From contig WFSR01000062.1 in assembly GCA_015485895.1 (NCBI GenBank), positions 1 to 40,726 on the forward strand: DNA of 40,726 bases, in the 5' to 3' direction. The first letter of the stretch is position 1; each line of letters starts with the position of its first letter. Of the stretch, positions 1-8,404 are shown piece after piece. Made by a program: the position numbers and the translations under genes. Source of the DNA: Candidatus Microgenomates bacterium (GTDB lineage Bacteria; Patescibacteriota; Microgenomatia; UBA12405; UBA6130). The notes beneath the pieces are model-generated. The model had not been told where the DNA came from. It did not search any database and saw nothing but the letters and a program-made list of their open reading frames with translations.

Positions 1-125
1 AATGATCCCAACGACCGGGCTTTGGCGGAAAGAGCGGGGATTAGTATCAGCACCGATCCCCAAGGCGATAATCGGGCTAAATTTCAAACCACAGCACCTT
101 TGGAACAAGGCGGCTGGGAGGTGCT

Positions 126-1256
126 TCAACTTTTAGCCAGGCTGGCAAAATAGCGGGAAAGGCTGGGGGCGAGAGCCTGGCGATAATGGGAAGTAGCCCG
201 GCGGTCGTAAGTGGTCGGCGTCGGTGCTAAAAGGCGGTCCCAGCTAGCCTTGACGATAGGTTGATTATGGGTCAAAAAAACGTTCTCGAAAGGGCGCAGT
301 TCTAAGGTTAACGGCCGACCAAAAGGCATTCCCTCTCCCCAGCCAGGATCAATAAACCCGGCATAATGGCTGCGAAATTCACCACTGTAGGTATCAACGG
401 TCGAAAATTCCACTGCCCAATCGGCTGGCAAACGGAGTGCTTGCCGAGTGCCCAGGAGATAGAAGCCATTGGCCCGGACAAAGAGAAGACTGTGGTCGAG
501 ATTGTCTCGATAAATAGGCATAAAATAAGATGAGTAGGGAAGAGGCTTAGTTTGGGCTTGGGCTAAATCTAAAATTGGTGTTGGCGAACGAGCTTGCCAG
601 GCAACTAAATCCTGGTCAAGATTAAGGGTTAAAACAAGCTGGTTGTCGTAGTCGGTAAACCGGAGATCGGTGATAGATTGGGGCTTTTGTTGACAGAAAA
701 TAAAATGGTGTTTTTGCAACAATTTCTGTAACTGGCGGTAAGTCCGCAGGCGAGGGTCGCCAGCCAAAAAGCGCAGTTGGGTAATGGCTAAGCCTGGTTG
801 AAGGCGCACTGGAAAAGAGCGGCTGGTTAAAAAAGCCCAAAGTTGACCCTGGTAGCCAAAAGCAAAAGAGTCAAAGCGACCCTGTTGAGTGTTAAGAAGA
901 CGCACATGAATGTCGAGGCGGCCAATGCTTGATTTGGGACTAGCCAAGGCCCGGAGGTGGGGAGGAAGGTGTAATGTCTCCCGGAGACGGAAAAGGTAAA
1001 CTTCGCCGGGTAATAATGGCTTTTCCCAGTTTATAGGCTTTTTTATTAAGCCGCGCCAGTGGAAAATTTGCCGGGGATTTTTCTGGCCGCCGGGCAGAAA
1101 AAAACCGCCAAGAAGATAGCCTTCGTCGCTAAGGGTAAGATCAAGGGAAGCAGGCCCGACATTAGCAGGATTAGCCTGGAGATAACCAGCTTGAATAAGC
1201 GCTTTAATTTCCTGACCATTAAGAACGCCAGCTTTTGCTGCCCTTTTAACTACCAT
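126..1256 (-). CDS. long-form dCTP deaminase-like protein (DCD family-like)
   Basis: 376-aa ORF. The N-terminus (GVLNGQEIKALIQAGYL...GPASLDLTLSDEGY) resembles the start of dCTP deaminase/dUTPase-fold enzymes. The length fits the ~360-aa DCD family rather than the ~190-aa Dcd. Assigned by eye. Confidence 0.6.
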   Translation of the reverse strand: MVVKRAAKAGVLNGQEIKALIQAGYLQANPANVGPASLDLTLSDEGYLLGGFFLPGGQKNPRQIFHWRGLIKKPINWEKPLLPGEVYLFRLRETLHLPPHLRALASPKSSIGRLDIHVRLLNTQQGRFDSFAFGYQGQLWAFLTSRSFPVRLQPGLAITQLRFLAGDPRLRTYRQLQKLLQKHHFIFCQQKPQSITDLRFTDYDNQLVLTLNLDQDLVAWQARSPTPILDLAQAQTKPLPYSSYFMPIYRDNLDHSLLFVRANGFYLLGTRQALRLPADWAVEFSTVDTYSGEFRSHYAGFIDPGWGEGMPFGRPLTLELRPFENVFLTHNQPIVKASWDRLLAPTPTTYDRRATSHYRQALAPSLSRYFASLAKS

Positions 1257-1262
1257 GCTTCA

Positions 1263-1271
1263 AGTGTAGCA
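1263..1271 (-). promoter_or_regulatory. extended -10 like box (TGcTACACT) 6 nt upstream of the dcd-like ATG
   Basis: The minus strand reads TGCTACACT, then 6 nt, then the ATG at 1256. This geometry places +1 on or next to the start codon. Confidence 0.45.
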
Positions 1272-1331
1272 TAAAGCTAAGATTAGAATATCAGCTAATT
1301 TAGTAGTTTTTGGCACTCAGTGCCCAATTTA

Positions 1332-1340
1332 TGCTATAAT
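1332..1340 (+). promoter_or_regulatory. extended -10 box (TGcTATAAT) 8 nt upstream of the secE ATG
   Basis: TATAAT lies at 1335-1340 and is preceded by TGc. The ATG is at 1349. No Shine-Dalgarno sequence lies in between. Confidence 0.5.
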
Positions 1341-1348
1341 CAACAGCG

Positions 1349-1537
1349 ATGGGGGAAATAAAACAATTTTTGGTGGAAGTCAATGAACAACTGCACCAAA
1401 TTACCTGGCCTACCCAAGAAGAAATTATCCGCTTAACAAGCGTGGTTTTATTTGTTACAATTATCGCCAGTATAGTTTTCGGTGGTATTGATCTATTGTT
1501 AACTAAGCTAATGGCAGTTTTAACACTATGGCAGTAA
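1349..1537 (+). CDS. secE: preprotein translocase subunit SecE
   Basis: 62 aa with a single C-terminal TM helix ([23 protein letters not shown]). It sits immediately upstream of nusG, the conserved secE-nusG-rplK-rplA order. Confidence 0.8.
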   Translation: MGEIKQFLVEVNEQLHQITWPTQEEIIRLTSVVLFVTIIASIVFGGIDLLLTKLMAVLTLWQ

Positions 1538-2130
1538 AAAAAGAAGAAAAAATTAAAAAAACTAAGCAACGTCCAATTCATTATCAAATTGGCAATAAAG
1601 ACACTTCTCCAGGAGCAGCGTGGTACGTGGTGCACACTTACTCCGGCCACGAATATCGGGTGGTCAAACTATTAAAACAGCGCATCAAGACTATGCATAT
1701 GCAAGATCGTATCTTTCGGGCAGTTGTGCCAGCACGGGAGAAGATGACTATCCGCCGCGGTGAGAAATACCAAACGCAAGAAAAGGTTTTTCCTGGTTAT
1801 ATTCTAGTTCAGATGATCTTAGATGATAATTCTTGGGTCTTGGTGCGCCGGACCCCAGGGGTAACTAGTTTTGTCAGTAGTGGCGATCGCCCTTTACCCA
1901 TTCACGATGAGGAAGTAGAAAAAATTCTCAAGCAAACGGAGAAAAAACCAAAATTCGAGACTAAATTTAGTGTTGGTGAGGCTGTCAAAATTATCGACGG
2001 GCCCTTTACTGATGCTCTGGGTAGCATTAGCGAAATTGACGAAAAGAGAGGCAAACTAAAAGTTTTAGTAAGTATTTTTGGCCGGGAAACTCCAGTAGAG
2101 TTAGATTTCTTACAAGTTCATAAAATCTGA
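1528..2130 (+). CDS. nusG: transcription termination/antitermination factor NusG
   Basis: NGN-domain start ([15 protein letters not shown]) and a C-terminal KOW-like segment ([22 protein letters not shown]...[17 protein letters not shown]). Confidence 0.93.
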   Translation: MAVKKEEKIKKTKQRPIHYQIGNKDTSPGAAWYVVHTYSGHEYRVVKLLKQRIKTMHMQDRIFRAVVPAREKMTIRRGEKYQTQEKVFPGYILVQMILDDNSWVLVRRTPGVTSFVSSGDRPLPIHDEEVEKILKQTEKKPKFETKFSVGEAVKIIDGPFTDALGSISEIDEKRGKLKVLVSIFGRETPVELDFLQVHKI

Positions 2131-2558
2131 TGGCGAAAAAAATTAAGGCAGTCATTAAATTAAATCTACCAGCTGGAGCAGCCACCCCCGGGCCACCAGC
2201 TGGACCAATTTTAGGGCAACACGGCATTCCTATTATGGATTTCATTAACCAATACAATCAAGCCACGCAGAATCAAAAAGGGAGCATTGTTCCAGCGGTA
2301 ATCACTGTTTACGAAGACCGCACTTTTACCTTCGTAACAAAATTACCACCAGTTTCTGATTTGATTAAGAAAAAATTAGGATTAAAGAAAGGGGCGAAAG
2401 AGCCCAGGAGAGAAACGGTTGCTAAATTGTCAGCTACCGACCTAGAGGTTATTGCCAAAGAAAAATTGAAAGATCTAAATACTAACAATTTAGAGGCGGC
2501 TAAGAAAATTATCGCCGGCACTGCTAAAAGCATGGGGGTGGAGGTAGAAAATGGCTGA
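2130..2558 (+). CDS. rplK: 50S ribosomal protein L11
   Basis: [29 protein letters not shown] is the L11 signature region. The ATG overlaps the nusG TGA stop. Confidence 0.96.
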   Translation: MAKKIKAVIKLNLPAGAATPGPPAGPILGQHGIPIMDFINQYNQATQNQKGSIVPAVITVYEDRTFTFVTKLPPVSDLIKKKLGLKKGAKEPRRETVAKLSATDLEVIAKEKLKDLNTNNLEAAKKIIAGTAKSMGVEVENG

Positions 2559-3201
2559 GGGAAAAGAAAAAGTTACTTTAGCAACCAATTCAAAAGCAAA
2601 GAAAAATCACGGTAAACACTATCGCAAGGCAGCCAAATTAGTCAAAAAGGGCCGTTATTACCCTTTAGCCGAGGCTGTTGCTTTAGTTAAAAAAACATCA
2701 ATTTCTCATTTTGTTGGTAATCTTGAAGCTCATTTCGTCGTTCGTCAGGTGGGCAAATTAGGTGAAGTAAGGTTGCCTTTTGCCGGCGGTAAAAAGAAAC
2801 GAGTAGTAATCGCCGACGACAAAGTTGTCGCCGCTATTAAAGCTGGTAAGTTAGACTTTGATATTCTTCTCGCCAATCCAAAAATGATGCCCAAATTATT
2901 GCCCTTCGCCCGTGTCCTTGGCCCGCAAGGGCTGATGCCTAATCCCAAAAATGGAACTCTAACCCCCGATCCGGAAAAAGCCAAAGAGAAATTTAATCAG
3001 GCTGGGTTAACTTTAAAAACTGAAAAGAAAGCTCCCGTTCTGCATTTAATTATTGGTAAATTGGACCAACCGGATAAAGAATTAATTGCCAACCTTGAAG
3101 CAATTATTAATACTTTGGGGAAGAATAATATTCAAAAATTAGTTCTGACAGCAACCATGGGGCCAGGAATTAAAGTAACTGTTAATCAAGAGGCAAAGTA
3201 A
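2551..3201 (+). CDS. rplA: 50S ribosomal protein L1
   Basis: L1-like motifs ([28 protein letters not shown]). GGAGG lies 6 nt upstream of the ATG. Confidence 0.94.
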   Translation: MAEGKEKVTLATNSKAKKNHGKHYRKAAKLVKKGRYYPLAEAVALVKKTSISHFVGNLEAHFVVRQVGKLGEVRLPFAGGKKKRVVIADDKVVAAIKAGKLDFDILLANPKMMPKLLPFARVLGPQGLMPNPKNGTLTPDPEKAKEKFNQAGLTLKTEKKAPVLHLIIGKLDQPDKELIANLEAIINTLGKNNIQKLVLTATMGPGIKVTVNQEAK

Positions 3202-4186
3202 AACCAGTTTTTTTAGCTACCAACCGCCAAGTCTCCTGGGCATGTTTTTTAGCTTTCCGATTACCTTCTTCAAGAATAGCAGCAACCGCTTTTGGCTTTT
3301 TTTGCCAAGCTTGATAACGCTGTTGGAAATCAACCAAAAAGCGCCCCACGACCTGGCTAACAATCTCTTTAAGATGAACAAATTGCAGAGTGCCCTGAAA
3401 ATATTCCTGGCGCATGTTGGCCAGTTGTTCTTTTTCCTGTTTGTTGGCAAAACTTGCGCCAAGCAAGAAAAGGCTAGCTATCTCATCGCCCATTTTTTTC
3501 GGCGGCCGAGTTAAGGTCTCGGTCACCGCCCGACGGATTTTTTGTTGGGCCTGGACAGGACTGTCGTTAAGGAAAATTGCTCCTTGGGGACGGGACTTGC
3601 TCATCTTTCCCTGACCATCGAGAGCCATAATCTTAACTCCCCGGGTATGGTAAGGGTGAGGAATAGAAAAAAGGTGGCCAAAATGACGATTGAATTGACG
3701 AGCTAACAATTGACTAACCTCGAGATGAGCATCCTGGTCTTTGCCAACTGGGATATGAGTAGCCCGCTGAATAAGAATGTCGGCGGCCATTAGGGTAGGA
3801 TAACGAAGTAAAAAAAGAGATGCCCGACGTGGCTGGCGTACCTTTTCTTTTAAGGTAGGCACTCGTAATGCCTGAGCCACAGAAAAGAAACGGGAAAGAA
3901 AAATTTCTAACAATAAAGTTTTTTCGGCCAAAGCAGATTGGTAATAAATAATTGTCTTTTGGGGATCAACGCCGGCAGCCAAGTAAGTAAGGAGAATTTT
4001 CTCCCGATTAGCGGCTACTTTTTGGGGATCCTCAGTAGTAAGGCCATGGAGATCAGCAACAAAAAGAAAAAAAGGGTCGCCTTTCTCTTGAATAGTTAAA
4101 ACATCACGGATAGCACCAAGATAATTGCCCAGATGAAGAGCCTCAGCAGTAGGGCGCAGACCGGTGAGAAAAATATGCTTGGCCAT
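3182..4186 (-). CDS. trpS: tryptophanyl-tRNA synthetase
   Basis: Class I HIGH-type motif (LHLGNYLGAI) and KMSKS motif (GKMSKS). The start is taken at MAKHIFLTGLRPT because the longer ORF (to 4273) runs through a tRNA gene. The 3' end overlaps rplA by 20 nt. Confidence 0.9.
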   Translation of the reverse strand: MAKHIFLTGLRPTAEALHLGNYLGAIRDVLTIQEKGDPFFLFVADLHGLTTEDPQKVAANREKILLTYLAAGVDPQKTIIYYQSALAEKTLLLEIFLSRFFSVAQALRVPTLKEKVRQPRRASLFLLRYPTLMAADILIQRATHIPVGKDQDAHLEVSQLLARQFNRHFGHLFSIPHPYHTRGVKIMALDGQGKMSKSRPQGAIFLNDSPVQAQQKIRRAVTETLTRPPKKMGDEIASLFLLGASFANKQEKEQLANMRQEYFQGTLQFVHLKEIVSQVVGRFLVDFQQRYQAWQKKPKAVAAILEEGNRKAKKHAQETWRLVAKKTGFTLPLD

Positions 4187-4188
4187 AG

Positions 4189-4262
4189 TGGACCCGGTGG
4201 GATTTGAACCCACGATCTCCTCGATGCCATCGAGGCGCTCTAGCCAACTGAGCCACGGGCCC
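4189..4262 (-). tRNA. tRNA-Ala (anticodon GGC)
   Basis: The reverse complement folds as a 74-nt cloverleaf: GGGCCCG/CGGGTCC acceptor with G3:U70, anticodon loop AUGGCAU, GTTCAAATC T-loop and A73. No CCA is encoded. Confidence 0.9.
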
Positions 4263-4273
4263 TTGGGCATCAA

Positions 4274-4282
4274 AGTATCGCA
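4274..4282 (-). promoter_or_regulatory. extended -10 like box (TGcGATACT) 11 nt upstream of tRNA-Ala
   Basis: The minus strand reads TGCGATACT followed by 11 nt before G1 of the tRNA. Confidence 0.4.
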
Positions 4283-4337
4283 AAAATTTACTTAAAAATC
4301 AATGGGGATTGGGGCTAAGAACTAGGTCAAAAAAGCA

Positions 4338-4605
4338 CCAAATCCCAAATCACAAATTCCAATAACCAACCCCCCTTCTGTAGGGGCAGGCAAATCCTAA
4401 TTACCAAAATCCTAATCCGCCAGCTGGCGGACTAAACAAATTCAAATGACCAAAATTCAAATATTCAAAACATTTCTTTTTTCTTTATCTTTATTTTTGC
4501 ATTTTGTTTTGGTCATTTGGTCATTTAAATTTTGAACATTGTCTAGGATTTGGGTCATTAGGATTTAGGATTTGTGTGGGATTTGGAATTTGTGATTTGG
4601 AATTT
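4338..4605. repeat. AT-rich, strand-skewed imperfect palindrome built from degenerate 7-mers (AAATCCN / NGGATTT)
   Basis: The left arm is nearly G-free on the top strand (aaatcccaaatcacaaattcc..., caaattcaaatgaccaaaattcaaat). The right arm is its imperfect reverse complement (ttggtcatttggtcattt..., ggatttggaatttgtgatttgg). Positions 4413-4473 match 40319-40379 at 60 of 61 nt. Confidence 0.85.
4417..4430. repeat. perfect 14-bp GC palindrome CCGCCAGCTGGCGG
   Basis: An identical copy lies at 40323-40336. Variants CCGCCAGTTGGCGG (9459-9472) and CCGCCAACTGGCGG (40710-40723) also occur. Confidence 0.9.
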
Positions 4606-4724
4606 ACCCCAGCTCCGCCGGATGGTGGACATCGGAGTTTTGAATTTGGGTCATTAGAATTTAGAAGTTTAATAGGATAATGGAACGATGATAAGCTATC
4701 ATAGCTGGATGCTTTCAATTGCGC

Positions 4725-4730
4725 TATAAT
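4725..4730 (+). promoter_or_regulatory. -10 box TATAAT 8 nt upstream of the GT4 GTG start
   Basis: The sequence gcgcTATAATcaatcacgGTG shares the context gctataatcaa with the secE promoter. Confidence 0.45.
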
Positions 4731-4738
4731 CAATCACG

Positions 4739-5848
4739 GTGAAGAGACAAAAAGTTGCTCTCGTCCATGATTACCTCGTCACTTTCGGGGGTGCCGAAAG
4801 AGTTCTTCTCGCTCTTCATGAAATCTGGCCCCACGCCCCTGTTTACCTAGCTATTTATAATCCCCAAACTTTAGGTCGCCACTGGCATAAATTCCAGCAC
4901 TGGGATCTTCGCCCCTCCTGGTTCCAAAAACTTCCCTTCGCTAACCGTCTCATCTCCCCTTTCCGCTTTCTCCTTCCTTATATTTGGGAAAGTTTTGACC
5001 TTTCTTCTTATGACCTAGTTATTTCTTCTTCCGCTTGGGCCATGAGCAAAGCCGTTCTCACCCCCTCTACCAGCAAGCACGTTTGCTACTGTCACACTCC
5101 ACCTCGTTTTCTCTACGGTTACCCCGGTGCCCGTCCCTGGCAACATCACAAATTGGTAAAATTATACGCTCACTTCATTAACCACCATCTTCGCATCTAT
5201 GACTACCTCAGCAGTCAACGGGTAGATTATTTCATCGCCAACTCTCAAGAAGTTGCCCGGCGGATCCAAAAATTCTGGCGACGCCAGGCCCAGGTTATTT
5301 ACCCCCCGATTGATATCCCTGCTGTATTACCTTCTTCCCCTAAGCGTAACTTTTATCTTTACGTTAGTCGACTGGTATCTTACAAACATCCCCTCTTGGC
5401 TGCTAAAGCTTGTCACCATCTCCGTCGTCATCTAACTATAGTTGGCCAGGGTCCACTTGAAAAGAAAGTAGCTCACTTTGCTACACAAAGTCCTTATATC
5501 CATTATTTAGGCCATATTTCTGATCAAAGACTTCATCATCTCTACCAACAAGCCAAGGCTCTCATTTTCCCAGCCGAGAGCGAGGATTTAGGTATGGTTC
5601 CTCTCGAAGCAGCCGCCTGGGGAACACCCACCATTGCTTACTATTCTGGTGGCGCTAAAGAAACTGTTCGACCACAAAATACTGGCCTCTTCTTTTCTAA
5701 ACTTACCCAACCATCTCTCATTCATGCTATTCTAAAGTTTGAAAAAAATAATTGGTCAGCCAAAATTTGCTATCAATGGGCCCGCCGGTTTCGAAAAGAG
5801 AACTTCCAAAAAGCTATCCGTCGCTTTGTTGCCCAGCATCGGGCTTAG
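4739..5848 (+). CDS. glycosyltransferase, GT4-like (GT-B fold)
   Basis: 369 aa with a C-terminal EX7E-type region (PAESEDLGMVPLEAAAWGTPTIAY). GTG start. Confidence 0.78.
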   Translation: MKRQKVALVHDYLVTFGGAERVLLALHEIWPHAPVYLAIYNPQTLGRHWHKFQHWDLRPSWFQKLPFANRLISPFRFLLPYIWESFDLSSYDLVISSSAWAMSKAVLTPSTSKHVCYCHTPPRFLYGYPGARPWQHHKLVKLYAHFINHHLRIYDYLSSQRVDYFIANSQEVARRIQKFWRRQAQVIYPPIDIPAVLPSSPKRNFYLYVSRLVSYKHPLLAAKACHHLRRHLTIVGQGPLEKKVAHFATQSPYIHYLGHISDQRLHHLYQQAKALIFPAESEDLGMVPLEAAAWGTPTIAYYSGGAKETVRPQNTGLFFSKLTQPSLIHAILKFEKNNWSAKICYQWARRFRKENFQKAIRRFVAQHRA

Positions 5849-7694
5849 GAGTATGCTGCTCAGGGGATTTTTTAGCCGTTTTCTCCCCTTGCTGCCTTTT
5901 CAAAAGATCGGCTGGGTTGGTAGTAATTAACTTATATTCATCGGGCGAGGCTACCACTCGAATGGCCACATGATTATTACCAGCAAAGAAAATGCCCTCA
6001 CCCACATTAGCGGCTAATAGATATTGCTTTTCTCCCTCAGATAGGTAAAATGTCTTCCCCACTAGGTCAATAGCCGCTGGGTGCTGTTTCAATAAAATTT
6101 GGATGGATGAATTTTTAATAATTGCCGGCCCTTCTCGAGTGCCCAAGAAATCATCTACATCTTGAGTAATCGTAGTCAAACCTAGGTAATACTTACGGGC
6201 CCGTTTGGCGATACCATGAAGGAAAAGAGCCGAGTCAGGGTATTGCATTAAATACCAGGCCTCATCAACAATAAGAATGCGCTTTTTTAGCTGGCCACGA
6301 ATTTTATTCCAAACAAAATCAAGGATAATATGCATAGCAATCGGCCGTAATGCATCTTCTAGATCACGAATTCCAAAGGTAATAAATTTATTATTAAGAT
6401 CAATAGTTGTTTGGCTATTGAAAATACCAGCAAAAGAACCGCGGATAAATCGTTCTAATCGCGCTGCTAAACCGGCCGCCTGAGGCTCTTCCATTCCAAT
6501 CAACACCTTATAAAGATCTTCTATCAACGGCATTTCTTTCCCTTGCTGAGTTGTCGGATCGGGGGTGATACCCCTGTTATGGTAAGTTGTTACCAAGGCT
6601 CGATCTAAAATTGCTTCCTCCTGAGGTGTCATTTTCCCCATAATAATTTTAAAGAGAGCATGTAGGGAGAGGATCTTGCGCCCTAGTTCATTCGCCCCCT
6701 CTTCATCATCTTCTTTAACTAGAGCTAAGTCAAAAGGGTTAATTTTAGCTGGAGAGTTGGCATTAATATCAACATATTGGCCACCGACTGCTTGGGTCAA
6801 CATTTGGTATTCATTCTCGGGATCAATAATTAGAATATCTGTGCCGAACATCAGCGAACGCAGCGCTTCCAATTTGCACAAAAATGACTTGCCAGCGCCA
6901 GCCTTAGCAAAAATTACCGAGTTGTAATTTTCCATAGAAAAACGGTCAAAGATAACCAAGGAACCATTATGCTGATTGATGCCATACATAATCCCGTGGT
7001 CATCGGATAATTCTGAAGAGACAAAAGGGAAAGTTGTTGCCAAGGAAGTGGTATCCATATTGCGGGTGACATTTAGCTTGTCTTGGCAAAGGGGCAATGT
7101 GGTAACAAAGCCCTCTTCCATTTGGAGAGTAGCCGGCTTAGGAATAATCATCAGCCCGCCCAAAGCCCCCTCCAAATCTTTGCTTGCTCGGCGTAATTCT
7201 TCCACGGAATCGGCCGAAAGGGTAATATAAAGCCCCATCTGAAAGAAGCGTTCCGATCCTCGGGCCAACTCCTGTTGTAAGGTAAGGGCATCCTCAAGTT
7301 TAGCTTGGACAGTAGGGTCCACCACTTTCCCCTGTTGGGTAGCTATCGAAATTTCGGCCTCCATTTCAGCAATTTTCCGTTTAAGATTGTCAAGTACTTC
7401 TCTCTCTTCAGACGGATAAATATACATAGCTACCTGAAGAGGTCTATCAAAATTAATAAGCGGGGCTAACCAACTGGGAGAAACATAACGAGGGTAACTA
7501 ATGACATAAAAAGTGCGGTAAAAGCGATTGTTGATCCGGAGATAATTAAAATCTACCTCAATAGCTGCCGGAGCAATAATATCTTTAACCGTAGTTATTC
7601 CAAGATTAAAGTTACGGGCTAAAGGATTGGCCTGATGACCTGATGACGGGACAGCTTTTTTAGCATGGGGCAAGAATCGCTTCAAATTGATCAT
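5814..7694 (-). CDS. VirB4/TraC-like type IV secretion ATPase
   Basis: 626 aa. Walker A FAKAGAGKS at about residue 263, Walker B ILIVDEAW, then GLTTITQDVDDF. The N-domain starts TTVKDIIAPAAIEV. The 3' end overlaps the GT4 gene by 35 nt. Confidence 0.8.
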   Translation of the reverse strand: MINLKRFLPHAKKAVPSSGHQANPLARNFNLGITTVKDIIAPAAIEVDFNYLRINNRFYRTFYVISYPRYVSPSWLAPLINFDRPLQVAMYIYPSEEREVLDNLKRKIAEMEAEISIATQQGKVVDPTVQAKLEDALTLQQELARGSERFFQMGLYITLSADSVEELRRASKDLEGALGGLMIIPKPATLQMEEGFVTTLPLCQDKLNVTRNMDTTSLATTFPFVSSELSDDHGIMYGINQHNGSLVIFDRFSMENYNSVIFAKAGAGKSFLCKLEALRSLMFGTDILIIDPENEYQMLTQAVGGQYVDINANSPAKINPFDLALVKEDDEEGANELGRKILSLHALFKIIMGKMTPQEEAILDRALVTTYHNRGITPDPTTQQGKEMPLIEDLYKVLIGMEEPQAAGLAARLERFIRGSFAGIFNSQTTIDLNNKFITFGIRDLEDALRPIAMHIILDFVWNKIRGQLKKRILIVDEAWYLMQYPDSALFLHGIAKRARKYYLGLTTITQDVDDFLGTREGPAIIKNSSIQILLKQHPAAIDLVGKTFYLSEGEKQYLLAANVGEGIFFAGNNHVAIRVVASPDEYKLITTNPADLLKRQQGEKTAKKSPEQHTPKPDAGQQSDG

Positions 7695-8395
7695 TTCTTA
7701 CGTAGAGTAACCGGAGAAACAAAATCAGCCAGCCCAAAATTTTTAATTCCCGGCGCTTCTTCATTATATATCTGATAAAAAAGGTTTATCAGCTGACGAG
7801 TGCCCAGTTGGTGAATACGCAAACCAAGGCGGCCGAAGGAATGAATAAGCTGATCTCTCTTCGGCTCAAGGTTCGCTTTTGCCCGTTGAATTAAAGTTTC
7901 TCTAGGTAAAGGAAGGGCTGCTTTCTGAGACTGGTGGGTAAAAGAAAAAATACTCGCAAAACCTGCTTTAGCCGACTGGATACCTAGCTCAAAAACAGAA
8001 AATGGAATAACTACATAAAAAGCTTTTGTTAATACATCATTACGCTGAACAAGATCATCAACAAATTTTTTATAACTAATGATTAATTTTTTAATCTGGG
8101 GAGTTTTTTGGCGCTGCTCTTGCATTTGAAGAAGCTTAAGATAGCTGCCAATATTTTTCAAACTGGAACGAATTAAAATTTGAATCGGGAAATTCAAAGA
8201 ATTAAGGAGAGAACCATAGGCATAAATCATGGCCTCTTGCTCCTTTTCAGAAAGAAGATCAAAATTCACAGCTGGCGTCTCTAGAATATAAACTGCTGAA
8301 CCATCTTTAAGGATAACCATATCCTCAGCAATATCTGCAATTAGAAGATGATCTTGGGTGGTTCCCCGGATAGCTATTTGTTTAATGTCCGCCAT
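7691..8395 (-). CDS. hypothetical protein, co-operonic with the VirB4-like ATPase (possible VirB4 N-domain paralogue)
   Basis: 234 aa. Its stop overlaps the VirB4-like start by 4 nt. By eye it has the same pattern as the N-domain of the downstream ATPase (TTQDHLLIADIAEDMVILKDGS... versus TTVKDIIAPAAIEVDFNYLRINN...). No NTPase motifs. Confidence 0.6.
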   Translation of the reverse strand: MADIKQIAIRGTTQDHLLIADIAEDMVILKDGSAVYILETPAVNFDLLSEKEQEAMIYAYGSLLNSLNFPIQILIRSSLKNIGSYLKLLQMQEQRQKTPQIKKLIISYKKFVDDLVQRNDVLTKAFYVVIPFSVFELGIQSAKAGFASIFSFTHQSQKAALPLPRETLIQRAKANLEPKRDQLIHSFGRLGLRIHQLGTRQLINLFYQIYNEEAPGIKNFGLADFVSPVTLRKK

Positions 8396-8404
8396 AATTG
8401 CAAA

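Noticed and set aside
1300-1650. 116-aa minus-strand ORF over secE/nusG
   Set aside because: It is antisense to two well-supported conserved genes and gives a low-complexity poly-F translation.
1528-2133. Alternative genetic code (UGA recoded, as in some candidate phyla)
   Set aside because: TGA serves as a stop at several well-defined gene ends (for example nusG at 2128-2130 overlapping the rplK ATG, thrS, and pilD/pilin TGATG). All conserved proteins are full length under the standard code.
4187-4273. N-terminal 29-aa extension of the trpS ORF
   Set aside because: The extension is the reverse-complement reading of a well-formed tRNA-Ala gene. The TrpRS homology begins at MAKHIFLTG.
4338-4605. 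AT-rich palindrome as a replication origin
   Set aside because: At least three similar copies occur in 40 kb. No cluster of DnaA boxes is present (only one 7-of-9 match, near 16684), and there is no dnaA or dnaN nearby.
4521-4733. 70-aa minus-strand ORF in the tRNA-Ala/GT4 spacer
   Set aside because: It is a read-through of the heptamer repeats, giving low-complexity NPN/SK-rich translation. It has no start context and lies inside the quasi-palindrome, so it is most likely non-coding.
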